Positions 1 through 9,165 of a DNA stretch of 64,000 nt are shown one piece after another. This DNA comes from an uncultured Candidatus Peribacteria bacterium. Lineage in GTDB: Bacteria; Patescibacteriota; Gracilibacteria; UBA1369; 2-02-FULL-48-14. The translations under genes were made by a program, and so were the position numbers. The notes under the pieces were generated by a model that searched no databases, was not told the DNA's origin, and saw nothing but the letters and a program-made list of their open reading frames with translations. The DNA is taken from assembly GCA_964360635.1 (NCBI GenBank), contig CAYHXO010000008.1, forward strand, positions 2,772 to 66,771, given 5' to 3'. Each line of letters opens with the position of its first letter. Position 1 is the stretch's first letter.

Positions 1-177
1 TGTATCAAGTAAATTTACAATTATTCCTACCATTGCCATAACACCATAATGGGATGGCTCTAATAATCTTGCAATGGTTAAAAATGACAATATCCCAAAA
101 ACTCTTTGTATAACAATTCCAAGAGTAAGCCATTGGCTTGCACGTAGTGCTTTTTTTAAGATGTCTTCATTTGCCAT
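1..177 (-). CDS. Wzx-like (MOP family) polysaccharide flippase, N-terminal 59 codons only; gene continues beyond the window start
   Basis: Not in the ORF track because it runs off the window. Hand translation from ATG (complement of 175-177) is open to position 1: MANEDILKKALRASQWLTLGIVIQRVFGILSFLTIARLLEPSHYGVMAMVGIIVNLLDT. The hydrophobic N-terminus with ARLL-x-P-x-x-(Y/F)G is typical of Polysacc_synt/Wzx proteins. The start overlaps the upstream stop (167-169) by 11 nt. Confidence 0.55.
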   Translation of the reverse strand, partial: MANEDILKKALRASQWLTLGIVIQRVFGILSFLTIARLLEPSHYGVMAMVGIIVNLLDT

Positions 178-1642
178 GGTCTTTTTTTATTATTTTCTCA
201 AAGAATACAACAAAGTCGGTAAATTCTTTCGATTTATTGATGTCTTCGGGCTTGGTTTCGTGCCATAGTTTAAATAAATCAAGAGAAGTTGATGTATCAA
301 TAATTGCAGATATAAAATCTATCAATTCATCTTCATTGTGTAAGTCTTGCGAGAATATATTTTGAAATAAATCTGCCAACTTCGTTAAATCTGTAATTTT
401 ATGAACAAAAGAAATTTCATTATAGAAAACTTTCCCAAAAGTAATAACAGGTTTGCCTAAATATAATGCTTCCAACCCGGCAGTGCCACTAACTGTTACC
501 AAAGCTTTGCAGTTTTGAAGAAGTTTTGCAGAAGAGAAATCTTGATGGATAACGACAATATTTGCCATTTCATTTAATCTTTTGTAATAAGATTTTGGCC
601 TTATGTATGCCATTCCAGGATGCTCTTTTATATAAAGCTTAAAACCGACAGGCAGTGCCTTTGCAATATTATGAGCCAATGCAACTTGATCTGTAAAGTA
701 TGGGCCAAGAACCATTGTCGATAACTCAGGATCTGTGTGCAAAGGAAAGTAGACATAATTATCTTCTTCATTAAATTTTTTAAATTCACTGTTGTAATTC
801 ATCAATCTTCTAAAGCCTCGGACTGAGCGATTTTTTAGATAATCAATTGGTTTCTGCTCCTGGTAGTCGAGGTAACGGCACTCTTTGTAATAAGCACGTA
901 AATATTTAAAGAACCCAAAGAACTCGAGCCATAAGATTTTTAGGAAAGAACTTCTTCGATACGCACCTTTCCATATTCTTGGTATCGGAATTTCTTTATA
1001 ATCAAGTATCAATTTTCTAGCCGCATCTTTATTTTTTGATACATAAGATCCGGCTCTTATCCTTTGAAATAAGGCATTCGCTATTGAGTATCCTTCATTG
1101 CCATTATCGGTTATCGTAACGAAATTTTTCACTCTAGTGTGCTCAATTGTATGGGTCTTAATGCCCATTTTTCTTGCCACTTGGTACATTATTAAAGTGC
1201 TCGTTGAAGCAATTGCCGAAAATACAACAAAATCCGGCTTCTCTTTCTTGTAAAAGTTAATAACTTCTCTAAAAGTTACCTGCATAATTTTAAGCATGTC
1301 TTCATACTTAAATAGTGCGTCGTTAGAATATTCCTTGATGGGATAGCTCATCATTAATAATCTATCCGCGAGAAAATATGGCCAAAGATTTGGTATCCCA
1401 TATTCTTTTTCCATTTGCTTCAAATATTCCAAATCCAATTTTTCTTCCTTTGCAGCTTTATAAATTCTAGCTTCATATATTAAGCTAGAAAAAATATTCT
1501 TATTCCCACTCAGAAAATCCTCAGCTTTTTTCGATTGAACAAAACCGCAAAATTGATTGATTTCGCCATCCGCTCTAAATTTCTCACACATGGCGTAGGC
1601 CAATTTCGCAAAATTTCTCTGCATGAAAAAACAAGCTTTCAT
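167..1642 (-). CDS. Capsule_synth (KpsS/KpsC-like) glycosyltransferase; candidate (non)ulosonic-acid transferase
   Basis: 491-aa ORF. FPLHTDPELS, KEHPGM and VTVSGTAGLEALYLGKPVITFG resemble the conserved blocks of KpsS/KpsC-type beta-Kdo transferases. It lies beside the Pse genes and the flippase. Confidence 0.55.
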   Translation of the reverse strand: MKACFFMQRNFAKLAYAMCEKFRADGEINQFCGFVQSKKAEDFLSGNKNIFSSLIYEARIYKAAKEEKLDLEYLKQMEKEYGIPNLWPYFLADRLLMMSYPIKEYSNDALFKYEDMLKIMQVTFREVINFYKKEKPDFVVFSAIASTSTLIMYQVARKMGIKTHTIEHTRVKNFVTITDNGNEGYSIANALFQRIRAGSYVSKNKDAARKLILDYKEIPIPRIWKGAYRRSSFLKILWLEFFGFFKYLRAYYKECRYLDYQEQKPIDYLKNRSVRGFRRLMNYNSEFKKFNEEDNYVYFPLHTDPELSTMVLGPYFTDQVALAHNIAKALPVGFKLYIKEHPGMAYIRPKSYYKRLNEMANIVVIHQDFSSAKLLQNCKALVTVSGTAGLEALYLGKPVITFGKVFYNEISFVHKITDLTKLADLFQNIFSQDLHNEDELIDFISAIIDTSTSLDLFKLWHETKPEDINKSKEFTDFVVFFEKIIKKDHGK

Positions 1643-1760
1643 TTCGTATTGATTAGCCTATAAATCGATTGCATATCAGGGGGATATTATATTTAACATT
1701 ATATCTTGACCAATGCATTGTAAATTAATGCTCGGAGTAGTCAAATTTCAGGTCAATCTG

Positions 1761-1788
1761 TTGACACATAGCTGGCCTCAGGTATAGT
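1761..1788 (+). promoter_or_regulatory. sigma70-like promoter candidate for pseB (TTGACA-16 nt-TATAGT), implying a near-leaderless transcript
   Basis: TTGACA at 1761-1766 and TATAGT at 1783-1788. The ATG at 1799 is only 10 nt past the -10 box, and no Shine-Dalgarno sequence is visible. Confidence 0.4.
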
Positions 1789-1798
1789 CATTCCACTT

Positions 1799-2788
1799 AT
1801 GTTTGAAAATACAGATTTCTCATTTTTTGACGGGAAAAGCATCTTAATCACAGGAGGAACTGGTACTTTCGGTAAAGCCTTCACAAAGTTATTGCTTGAA
1901 AACAGTAAAGCAAGAAGGTTGATTATTTTTAGCCGTGACGAGTTAAAGCAGTCGCAATTGATTGAAGATTATAAAGAATACAATGATAGAGTCAGGTTTT
2001 TCTTGGGTGATGTAAGAGATAAAGATCGTTTGCTGAGGGCATTCAAAAGTGTTGATATTATTGCGCATGCCGCAGCCCTAAAGCATGTTCCAATTTTGGA
2101 ATACAACCCTTTTGAAGCGGTTAAAACCAATGTTATTGGAACACAAAATATAATTGATGCCGCGATTGATTGCGGAGTGGAAAGGGTACTTTTCATTTCA
2201 ACTGATAAAGCGGTAAGCCCGATTAATTTATATGGAGGAACTAAGCTGGTAGCGGAAAAACTTGTAATAGCGGCAAATTCCTACGGGGCAGGGAAGACTT
2301 TATTCTCAGTTTTAAGATACGGTAATGTTCTTGGCAGTAGAGGTAGTCTTTTGGATAATTTAAAGAAACAAATAGAAACGGGTACAGTTAAACTTACTGA
2401 TGAAAGAATGACTCGTTTCTGGATAAGAATAGAGGATGCCGTTAAATTTGCAGCACATTCACTGGTGAATATGCAAGGTGGTGAGACCTTTATTCCACGA
2501 TTACCTTCCATGAGTATTAAAACTCTACTTGAAACTTTATCTGAAGGTTGCAAAATCGAGGTTGTTGGGATTAGACCGGGAGAGAAATTACATGAAACTC
2601 TTATTACTGAAGAAGAATCCGTTAGGGGCGAAGAATTTAATGAAATTTTTATAATTCACCCTGATGTTTCTGAAAATAGCCGTAGACCTCGTGGACAAGG
2701 CAAAGCACTGCCGGAAGCATTTAGATATTCAAGCGACACAAATGCGGATTGGCTCAGCGAAACAGAACTTAAAGATTTATTAGTTTAG
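1799..2788 (+). CDS. pseB: UDP-N-acetylglucosamine 4,6-dehydratase (inverting), PseB/FlaA1 type
   Basis: 329 aa. ILITGGTGTFGKAF Rossmann motif and FISTDKAVSPINLYGGTKLVAEK (Y-x3-K). The short CapD-like architecture is typical of PseB. Confidence 0.85.
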   Translation: MFENTDFSFFDGKSILITGGTGTFGKAFTKLLLENSKARRLIIFSRDELKQSQLIEDYKEYNDRVRFFLGDVRDKDRLLRAFKSVDIIAHAAALKHVPILEYNPFEAVKTNVIGTQNIIDAAIDCGVERVLFISTDKAVSPINLYGGTKLVAEKLVIAANSYGAGKTLFSVLRYGNVLGSRGSLLDNLKKQIETGTVKLTDERMTRFWIRIEDAVKFAAHSLVNMQGGETFIPRLPSMSIKTLLETLSEGCKIEVVGIRPGEKLHETLITEEESVRGEEFNEIFIIHPDVSENSRRPRGQGKALPEAFRYSSDTNADWLSETELKDLLV

Positions 2789-3366
2789 ATGCTGTTTAGA
2801 TTTGAAAATCTCTTTTTATGAGACTCGAAAAGTTCTTTGTAGTAGTCTTCGCAAATTAAGCCTAAATGTATTGCGTCATAATATTGGCTGTTTCTATAGA
2901 TGTCGTGTTTAGCCCTTCCTTCAAGTTTAAAACCGGCTTTTATATAAGCTCCTTCCGCCCGTTTATTATCAGCGGTACATCCAAGGTAAACCCGTTCAAG
3001 ATTTAACCTGTCAAATCCATAAAAAGTCATTAGTTCAATCACCTCCGTTCCATATCCTTTGCCCCAAACGGATTTATCGCCAAGCAAAATTCTCAATTCA
3101 CCTTTTCTGGCGGTGAAATGCAGACCGTAGTAGCCGGTAAAACCAATTGTTTCTCCGCTGACTTTATCGACAATCATCAAAATAATATTTTTTTCTGAGA
3201 TAAGATCTTCTTCAATCCATTCTTTAACTTGTCTCACACTTTGAGGTCTCTGCCCATAGAACATGTATGTTGTTACTTCACCATCGTTTAACCAAGAAGC
3301 TATTAATTCAAAATCAGTTTCCGTAAGAGGTCTAAGCTCAATTCTTTCAGATTGTAAAAAAGCCAT
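2785..3366 (-). CDS. GNAT N-acetyltransferase (RimJ/RimL-like)
   Basis: 193 aa. IELRPLTETDFELIASWLND and WGKGYGTE acetyl-CoA-site-like motif. Overlaps the pseB 3' end convergently by 4 nt. Confidence 0.75.
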   Translation of the reverse strand: MAFLQSERIELRPLTETDFELIASWLNDGEVTTYMFYGQRPQSVRQVKEWIEEDLISEKNIILMIVDKVSGETIGFTGYYGLHFTARKGELRILLGDKSVWGKGYGTEVIELMTFYGFDRLNLERVYLGCTADNKRAEGAYIKAGFKLEGRAKHDIYRNSQYYDAIHLGLICEDYYKELFESHKKRFSNLNSI

Positions 3367-3371
3367 TTTTA

Positions 3372-4745
3372 TTAATTACGCTTAGGATTATGATGAAAAT
3401 CATCTACTTTGTCAATCGCAGGTTTTTCGTAATATAAAATTCCGTTCTCTTCGCGTTGAAGTTTGAATCCTGAGTAATCGGCAATATATTTGGAGGCATA
3501 GTTCTCGATTTTTATTTCTGCGCGAAGCGGTTCCGTAATAATCAGTGATAAGAGAAAAAGCATCTGTTTGCCTATGCCATGCCCTCTTGCCTCTCTTGCT
3601 ATCGCCCAGGTTAATAGATAAGCATCTTTGGAAAAGTCTGCCCGAATTGAGCCAACAGGTCGGCCCATGCACATTACTATAAATAATTTTCTATCTTTGT
3701 CATTCAATACTTTATTCAGCCACGAAATATGATTTTCAATCTCAATTATTTCAGTAGTATGGCAGAATTTTCTGACCTCTGGGTCATTCCGCCACTTTAG
3801 CAGTACATCAGCATCTTCGATTGTCGCCGGTCTAAGTTGTATACTGTTTTTTACTAATGCATTTAAGGAATCGATAACATTATCTCTTGCATTTTTCACT
3901 AATTTATAATCATTAATTACATGCTTTTCATCCATTAAATCAATGATGCTTTTTTCAAGGTCGGTTTTTTTATAAACGGCTTTGGTCAAACCTAATCGAT
4001 TTGTTACAAGTGGATCTTTCACGTTCAGACCCGGTTGATAGCTCAAAACTTTTCTACCTGACATAGTTGCCTCAAAAAGAGCCATTGAATTCATACCAAT
4101 AACAAGCTTGGCTTCTCGAATCAAGTCTGTTGTGTCAGATGTTGTAATCTCAATGTCCAAGTTTTCGAACTTGTTAAGATTTTTTGTTCGCGGATGCATT
4201 TTAACTTTAATTTTCTTCTCAATTCCAAGATTTTTAAAAGCATCAACAAAGTCGTTTAAAATTTCAATTTCATTAAGACCTATGTTATTTTCAAGCTCGG
4301 TAAAGGGTTGGCAAAAAAATACAATCGAGTTTCCTTCATCCTCAATTTTTTTAAATTTATCAAAATAGGGATTTCCAGTCACGGAAATTTTTTCAGGGTC
4401 AAAGCCGGCCTCCATCAAATCAATTTTGGCAATGTCGTCCATTACAAAAATATAATCCGGCACTGCGTCTTTGAAGCGCACTTCATAGTTTACCCATGAG
4501 TCCAGAACCGCCACACTTTTAATCCCGATTTTTTTCGCTGCTCTAACAAATCTTTTATCTAAACTTTCATACGATGCACTTGTTCCAACTACGACGATAA
4601 AAGCGTTTTTTATGGCATTTTCAATCTCATCGTCACTTAAATGATTTTTAAAAACCTCACAATTTAACTTGGCCGCAACAGCTGCGATTGCATTGTATCC
4701 GCCAAGATCTTCCGCGGAAAAAATAAACTTATTATTTTCTTTCAT
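3372..4745 (-). CDS. Two-domain protein: N-terminal GT-B/Rossmann-like domain (tentatively PseG-like UDP-sugar hydrolase) fused to a PseH-like GNAT acetyltransferase
   Basis: 457 aa. Residues about 305-457 carry IQLRPATIEDADVLLKWRNDPEVRKF and ARGHGIGKQM (GNAT, PseH-like). Residues 1-300 carry MHPRTKN and LVIGMNSMALFEATMSGRKVLSY, which look GT-B-like. The N-terminal assignment is weak. Confidence 0.55.
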   Translation of the reverse strand: MKENNKFIFSAEDLGGYNAIAAVAAKLNCEVFKNHLSDDEIENAIKNAFIVVVGTSASYESLDKRFVRAAKKIGIKSVAVLDSWVNYEVRFKDAVPDYIFVMDDIAKIDLMEAGFDPEKISVTGNPYFDKFKKIEDEGNSIVFFCQPFTELENNIGLNEIEILNDFVDAFKNLGIEKKIKVKMHPRTKNLNKFENLDIEITTSDTTDLIREAKLVIGMNSMALFEATMSGRKVLSYQPGLNVKDPLVTNRLGLTKAVYKKTDLEKSIIDLMDEKHVINDYKLVKNARDNVIDSLNALVKNSIQLRPATIEDADVLLKWRNDPEVRKFCHTTEIIEIENHISWLNKVLNDKDRKLFIVMCMGRPVGSIRADFSKDAYLLTWAIAREARGHGIGKQMLFLLSLIITEPLRAEIKIENYASKYIADYSGFKLQREENGILYYEKPAIDKVDDFHHNPKRN

Positions 4746-6027
4746 ATTCTTTTAATTCCTCAATGTTCCTCTCAATTTTTTTCACCGCATCAACGAATAA
4801 ATCAATATCGGATTTTGACTGTGGCCTCTGGCACATGCTAGTATGCATGACTTCTTCAAAATACATTTTTTCTACGACGGGACAAATACCTTTTTCATAA
4901 GAGATATTCTGAGGATACTCCGTAGAAACGAATGGAAATTGTGAATTTGGGAACATTTTTTTTTGTTGATAGACCGGAAGCAAATACAAGGGTTTTTGAT
5001 AACCCTCCGCGATAGCAAAATTTTCAGCGCGCATTGCCTCAACAAAAGTTTTGCGCGTAATACCGATTTTCTCACTAATAATTTTGAACGGATAAATGTA
5101 ATAGACGTGTTTTGAATTTTCTAATGCCGGCGAAGGAACAAGCCAGTCAATTTCTTTCAGTCTTTCAGTAAAATGATCTGCCAAGGTAATCCTTTCGCAA
5201 TTCAGAACATCAAGCTTTTTAAATTGTTCCAGAGCTACAACAGCATGTAGTTCGCTCATTCTGTAATTACTCCCAACTATTGCTTCAAACTCTCCGCCTT
5301 CCACAATCATATCATTAACGACAGCTTCTCCATGATTCCTCACCAGCTGCGCGCGTAGTGCATAATTGTCATTGTTGGTGATTAAAACTCCTCCTTCCCC
5401 ACACTGCACGACTTTGTGAATGTTAAAACTGAAGACTCCAATGTCACCAATGGTTCCGGCAAGCTTGCCTTTATAACTTGCTCCCATTGCCTGAGCACAG
5501 TCTTCAATAATTTTCAAATTATACTTTTTAGCGATTTCCAAAATACGGTCAAACTTCGGGGTCCCGCCCATCAAATCTACAACAAAAATAGCCTTTGTTT
5601 GTGCGTTAATGTTTTTTTCTACCGATTCAGGGTCAAGACAAAAAGTCTCATCAACATCTGCAAAAACAGGAACGGCATTATTTAATAATACAGCACTTGC
5701 TGTCGCGCTCATTGTGTAGGGAGGAACGATAACTTGATCACCCGGTCCGATTCCTAGAGCTGTTACTGCAGCTTGTAAGCCAGTAGTCGCAGAATTAAAA
5801 CTCACGGCATGTTTGGTTCCAAAATATTCCGTGAACGCTTTTTCAAGTACTTTTACGTGTCTTCCGCCCAAAAATTTAGAACCGGCTCTTCCCAAAAAAT
5901 CTGACAAAAGTTCCTTGTTTGCAAAAATTGAATCTACGGCAGTTTTTTCTTCAGTATTAACTGTGTAATATGCAGGAAAAGTTTGATTTAAGATTGGTTT
6001 TCCGCCAAATAGTGCAAGCTCAGACAT
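4732..6027 (-). CDS. DegT/DnrJ/EryC1/StrS-family sugar aminotransferase
   Basis: 431 aa. GDQVIVPPYTMSATASAV, IIEDCAQAMGASYKGK and FSFNIHKVVQCGEGGVLITN (PLP lysine present). Confidence 0.8.
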   Translation of the reverse strand: MSELALFGGKPILNQTFPAYYTVNTEEKTAVDSIFANKELLSDFLGRAGSKFLGGRHVKVLEKAFTEYFGTKHAVSFNSATTGLQAAVTALGIGPGDQVIVPPYTMSATASAVLLNNAVPVFADVDETFCLDPESVEKNINAQTKAIFVVDLMGGTPKFDRILEIAKKYNLKIIEDCAQAMGASYKGKLAGTIGDIGVFSFNIHKVVQCGEGGVLITNNDNYALRAQLVRNHGEAVVNDMIVEGGEFEAIVGSNYRMSELHAVVALEQFKKLDVLNCERITLADHFTERLKEIDWLVPSPALENSKHVYYIYPFKIISEKIGITRKTFVEAMRAENFAIAEGYQKPLYLLPVYQQKKMFPNSQFPFVSTEYPQNISYEKGICPVVEKMYFEEVMHTSMCQRPQSKSDIDLFVDAVKKIERNIEELKEYERK

Positions 6028-6029
6028 TC

Positions 6030-7004
6030 TTAATTATTATTGCTACAAACACCCACGAATTCTAATGTTTTAAGCGCGTCTTCACCAGAGCAAATGGGTT
6101 TGGAATTGTTTTCTATAGCGCCAATTAATTCCTCCAATCCTTCTTTCATGAATTCTCCACTCAATTTATTTTTGAAAGGGGGGGCTTGTTCAACAAGTTC
6201 TTTGTATCCGCCAAATAGTTCATGATCTTTTACCTCAAAATATTTAATTTCAAATCCACTTCTTGTTAAGAATATAGCGCCTTTTTCACCAAAAATCTGC
6301 AATTCAACATGCAAATAATTTTCATTATTTTGTGGTATTAAACTGAATAAAATCCCGGTATCGCTTTCAGCAACAAACGCATAATTTGCGTCGTTTTCGT
6401 ACCGGCATTTTAAAGAGCTTTTTAAGGCTTTTATTCTCGTAAATTCTTCATCAACAAAAAATTGAACCAAATTAATTAAGTGTGAAGCGTTCGTAATTAA
6501 TCCATCTCCATAGTGTCCTGTTATTTTTTGAATTTTTCCTATTCTGCCACTCTTGATAAAATGAGATATCTCTTGATAAAGTGGGCTGAATCTTCGTAAA
6601 TAATTTACTTGTAATTTAATTCCATTTTCTTCGCAAATGCCAATCATTTTTTTTGCCACCTCAACACTATTTGCGATCGGCTTTTCACACCAAATTGCAC
6701 GAGGTTTATGGGTGGCACATTTTGTTAAAATTTCCGCGTGACTTTCTTCCCAAGTACATATGCTAACAATATCCGGTTTTTCCTCATCAAGCATTTCTTC
6801 AATATCACAGTAAGCTTTTGTCTTCCATTTCGCTGCAGCTTTTTCAGCCTTTTCCAGGCTTAAATCACAAACCCCGACAAGTTCAATTTTATCATTGTTG
6901 AAATATGCACCTGCATGACTTGAAATGACTTTTCTTTTGGAATCTTCATCATACTCACTTCCAATTCTACCACAGCCAATCACAACCGCTTTAAACTTAT
7001 TCAT
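6030..7004 (-). CDS. Gfo/Idh/MocA-family NAD(P)-dependent sugar oxidoreductase
   Basis: 324 aa. N-terminal KAVVIGCGRIGSEY Rossmann motif. Length and layout are typical of the family. Confidence 0.75.
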   Translation of the reverse strand: MNKFKAVVIGCGRIGSEYDEDSKRKVISSHAGAYFNNDKIELVGVCDLSLEKAEKAAAKWKTKAYCDIEEMLDEEKPDIVSICTWEESHAEILTKCATHKPRAIWCEKPIANSVEVAKKMIGICEENGIKLQVNYLRRFSPLYQEISHFIKSGRIGKIQKITGHYGDGLITNASHLINLVQFFVDEEFTRIKALKSSLKCRYENDANYAFVAESDTGILFSLIPQNNENYLHVELQIFGEKGAIFLTRSGFEIKYFEVKDHELFGGYKELVEQAPPFKNKLSGEFMKEGLEELIGAIENNSKPICSGEDALKTLEFVGVCSNNN

Positions 7005-7683
7005 CGGATTTTTGATAAATTAATTCAAACGCCTCCGCCGCGTTATATCCACACTGCCCACCACGAACTTTTGATAAAGCTTCTATATACTCTAATGATC
7101 TTGGATGCGGGAAAGCTCTTAACTCATCTTTGTATGCAGACATTGCCTCGAGTTTTTTATTAATAGTTTCATTTACGTTTACAAAATAATTTGGAGAAAA
7201 AATATTCCTTTTGTCAAAACTCCATTCGGTTGAAGAAGGAACTTCAAAGCTCAAAACAAGTTTAACACTTGAACCTTTAATTGGTCTGCACGCGGTTTTA
7301 ACGGCTTCACATGTCAGTTGGTGGTCAAGGTTTCTATCAGTATTGCTATGTGTGAAAACTACATCAGGCTCAAATTCATTAATTATTTTTTCAATTTCTT
7401 TTATTATCTCGAGCAGAGCTACGCTGTCAAAAGAATTATCAGGAAATTTCCTCATCACAAGTTTTTTTGCACCCAAAATTTTAGCGGCTTTTTTTGCATT
7501 ACTTTCAAGTTCTTCAAACGCATTTTCAGAATGTTTCCCGCGTGCGTTTAAGCCTTGTCCCAAAATCAAAAACCAAACTTCAGCTCCATCAGTAATTTTT
7601 TTTGCTATTGTAGCACCGCATCCCAGTGTTTCATCGTCCGGATGCGCCGCGACTACAAGTATTTTTTTAAATTGGCTTTTCAT
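6997..7683 (-). CDS. PIG-L/LmbE-family de-N-acetylase
   Basis: 228 aa. ILVVAAHPDDETLGCGATI and VFTHSNTDRNLDH zinc-site motifs. Confidence 0.75.
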   Translation of the reverse strand: MKSQFKKILVVAAHPDDETLGCGATIAKKITDGAEVWFLILGQGLNARGKHSENAFEELESNAKKAAKILGAKKLVMRKFPDNSFDSVALLEIIKEIEKIINEFEPDVVFTHSNTDRNLDHQLTCEAVKTACRPIKGSSVKLVLSFEVPSSTEWSFDKRNIFSPNYFVNVNETINKKLEAMSAYKDELRAFPHPRSLEYIEALSKVRGGQCGYNAAEAFELIYQKSDE

Positions 7684-7735
7684 GAAGTTTTATAGAACCG
7701 AATTATATAGCTAACCTTATATTTGAGCAAGGCTC

Positions 7736-8524
7736 TCAAAACTTTAGATCAATTAGTTTATTTAAAAGTTCATTTGATGAGGCGGCAAAAAGACCATGGT
7801 AATGAATTTTTTTTAAATCGTATTCAATTTCTTCTCCGTTTATGGATAGATATTCTCCGCCGGCCTCTCTTAGAATCAAGCCACCTGGCGCAATATCCCA
7901 AGTCTTAAATTCTACAGGTTTGAAAAGCAAATCGGCCTTTCCTTCAGCGATAAAACAGAGTTTAACTCCAAAACTTCCACATTCTAAATAATTCTCAACT
8001 CCAATTTTATTTAATTTTTTAAGCGTTTCTTCATTAGCCTGGCTACTGTCGATATATGTGAATTTTTCTTTCAATTTTCCAAAGCCTAATTTTTTTATCA
8101 GCCCATTCTCTTCGACAAAAGAACCCTCGTTCAACTTCGCATAATAAATTTTATTGTAGGCGGGGACACTAACTACGCCAAATATAACCTGTCCATCCTC
8201 AATGTATGCCATTTGACTGCAAAAACCATCGTAACCTTTTACGAAGCTTGAAGTTCCGTCTATAGGGTCAAGAAGCCAGTAATTTTTATGCTGTTTTTTC
8301 TGTGGAGTAGTTTCAAATTCCTCTTCGGATATGATTTCATCTTCTGGAAAACTTTTACGGATTTCATCAATTAAAAACTTCTCAATAATTATATCCGCGT
8401 CAATCTTTACTTGAGTTCCCTTGTGTCTGACATCCCAATTTTGCAAGCGCAAGCCCATTATTTTCGAGCCTGCTAATTGACAAAGCCTCTTCGCGAATGT
8501 AAATTTTTGGTCTAATTCTTGCAT
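7736..8524 (-). CDS. Inositol monophosphatase/CysQ-family phosphatase
   Basis: The track ORF is 7736..8620. I moved the start to MQELDQKF because the upstream 32 residues look non-protein-like and overlap the divergent gene. Motifs: ISEEEF, WLLDPIDGTSSF, WDIAPG. Confidence 0.65.
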   Translation of the reverse strand: MQELDQKFTFAKRLCQLAGSKIMGLRLQNWDVRHKGTQVKIDADIIIEKFLIDEIRKSFPEDEIISEEEFETTPQKKQHKNYWLLDPIDGTSSFVKGYDGFCSQMAYIEDGQVIFGVVSVPAYNKIYYAKLNEGSFVEENGLIKKLGFGKLKEKFTYIDSSQANEETLKKLNKIGVENYLECGSFGVKLCFIAEGKADLLFKPVEFKTWDIAPGGLILREAGGEYLSINGEEIEYDLKKIHYHGLFAASSNELLNKLIDLKF

Positions 8525-8550
8525 TACAGGACACATTAAATCACATTTGC

Positions 8551-9165
8551 ATGGAAAAAGAACTAATTGTTGTGTTGGGTGGAATGATAGTTCGTGAAAA
8601 ATCAGGGCAATGGCGATCATCAGAAATTCATGACCCGGGTGATAGATATGGCATCTGTGATGATATATTACGAGTGAAGGCGGCAGGTTTTCTTTTTGAC
8701 CCTATGGCAAATCAGTTTTTTCTTGCTTCCGGAGGAAAAGGACAACTTGCCGACAATCCTGATGCACCTACAATTTCACGTGTAATTAAAGATGAGTTAA
8801 TTGTCCTTGGCATACCTGGCGATAGAATTTTACTTGAAGAAAATTCTAAAAATACGCTCTCTCAATTACATGAAATAATAAAAATGCCACTTTCCGATTA
8901 CAAACAAATATTGATAATTACGAATGAATGTCACTTGCCTCGCCTTGAGACTATGCTTCATAATGACAGCATGCTTAATGCAGTTTCCGATCGACACCAA
9001 ATCAAAATTAAAAGTGCTGAAGATATTCTACTTGCATATGCTCCGACCGAATGGTCTGATCGCATTATGGAAGCTCGCATAAATCCGGCTATGATTAAAC
9101 GGCGCGCAATGGAAGACCGAGGTATAAAAGATTTTTTGGCGGGAAAATATCATAGCTCCAACTAA
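8551..9165 (+). CDS. DUF218 (YdcF/SanA-like) protein
   Basis: 204 aa. VVLGG...ASGGKG...EENSKNTLSQ pattern resembles the DUF218 fold. Confidence 0.5.
   Translation: MEKELIVVLGGMIVREKSGQWRSSEIHDPGDRYGICDDILRVKAAGFLFDPMANQFFLASGGKGQLADNPDAPTISRVIKDELIVLGIPGDRILLEENSKNTLSQLHEIIKMPLSDYKQILIITNECHLPRLETMLHNDSMLNAVSDRHQIKIKSAEDILLAYAPTEWSDRIMEARINPAMIKRRAMEDRGIKDFLAGKYHSSN

Noticed and set aside
7211-7714. 167-aa plus-strand ORF antisense to the PIG-L gene; likewise the 173-aa ORF 15229..15750 antisense to the class-III aminotransferase
   Set aside because: Both are Ser/Phe/Leu-rich shadow ORFs opposite genes with clear family motifs.
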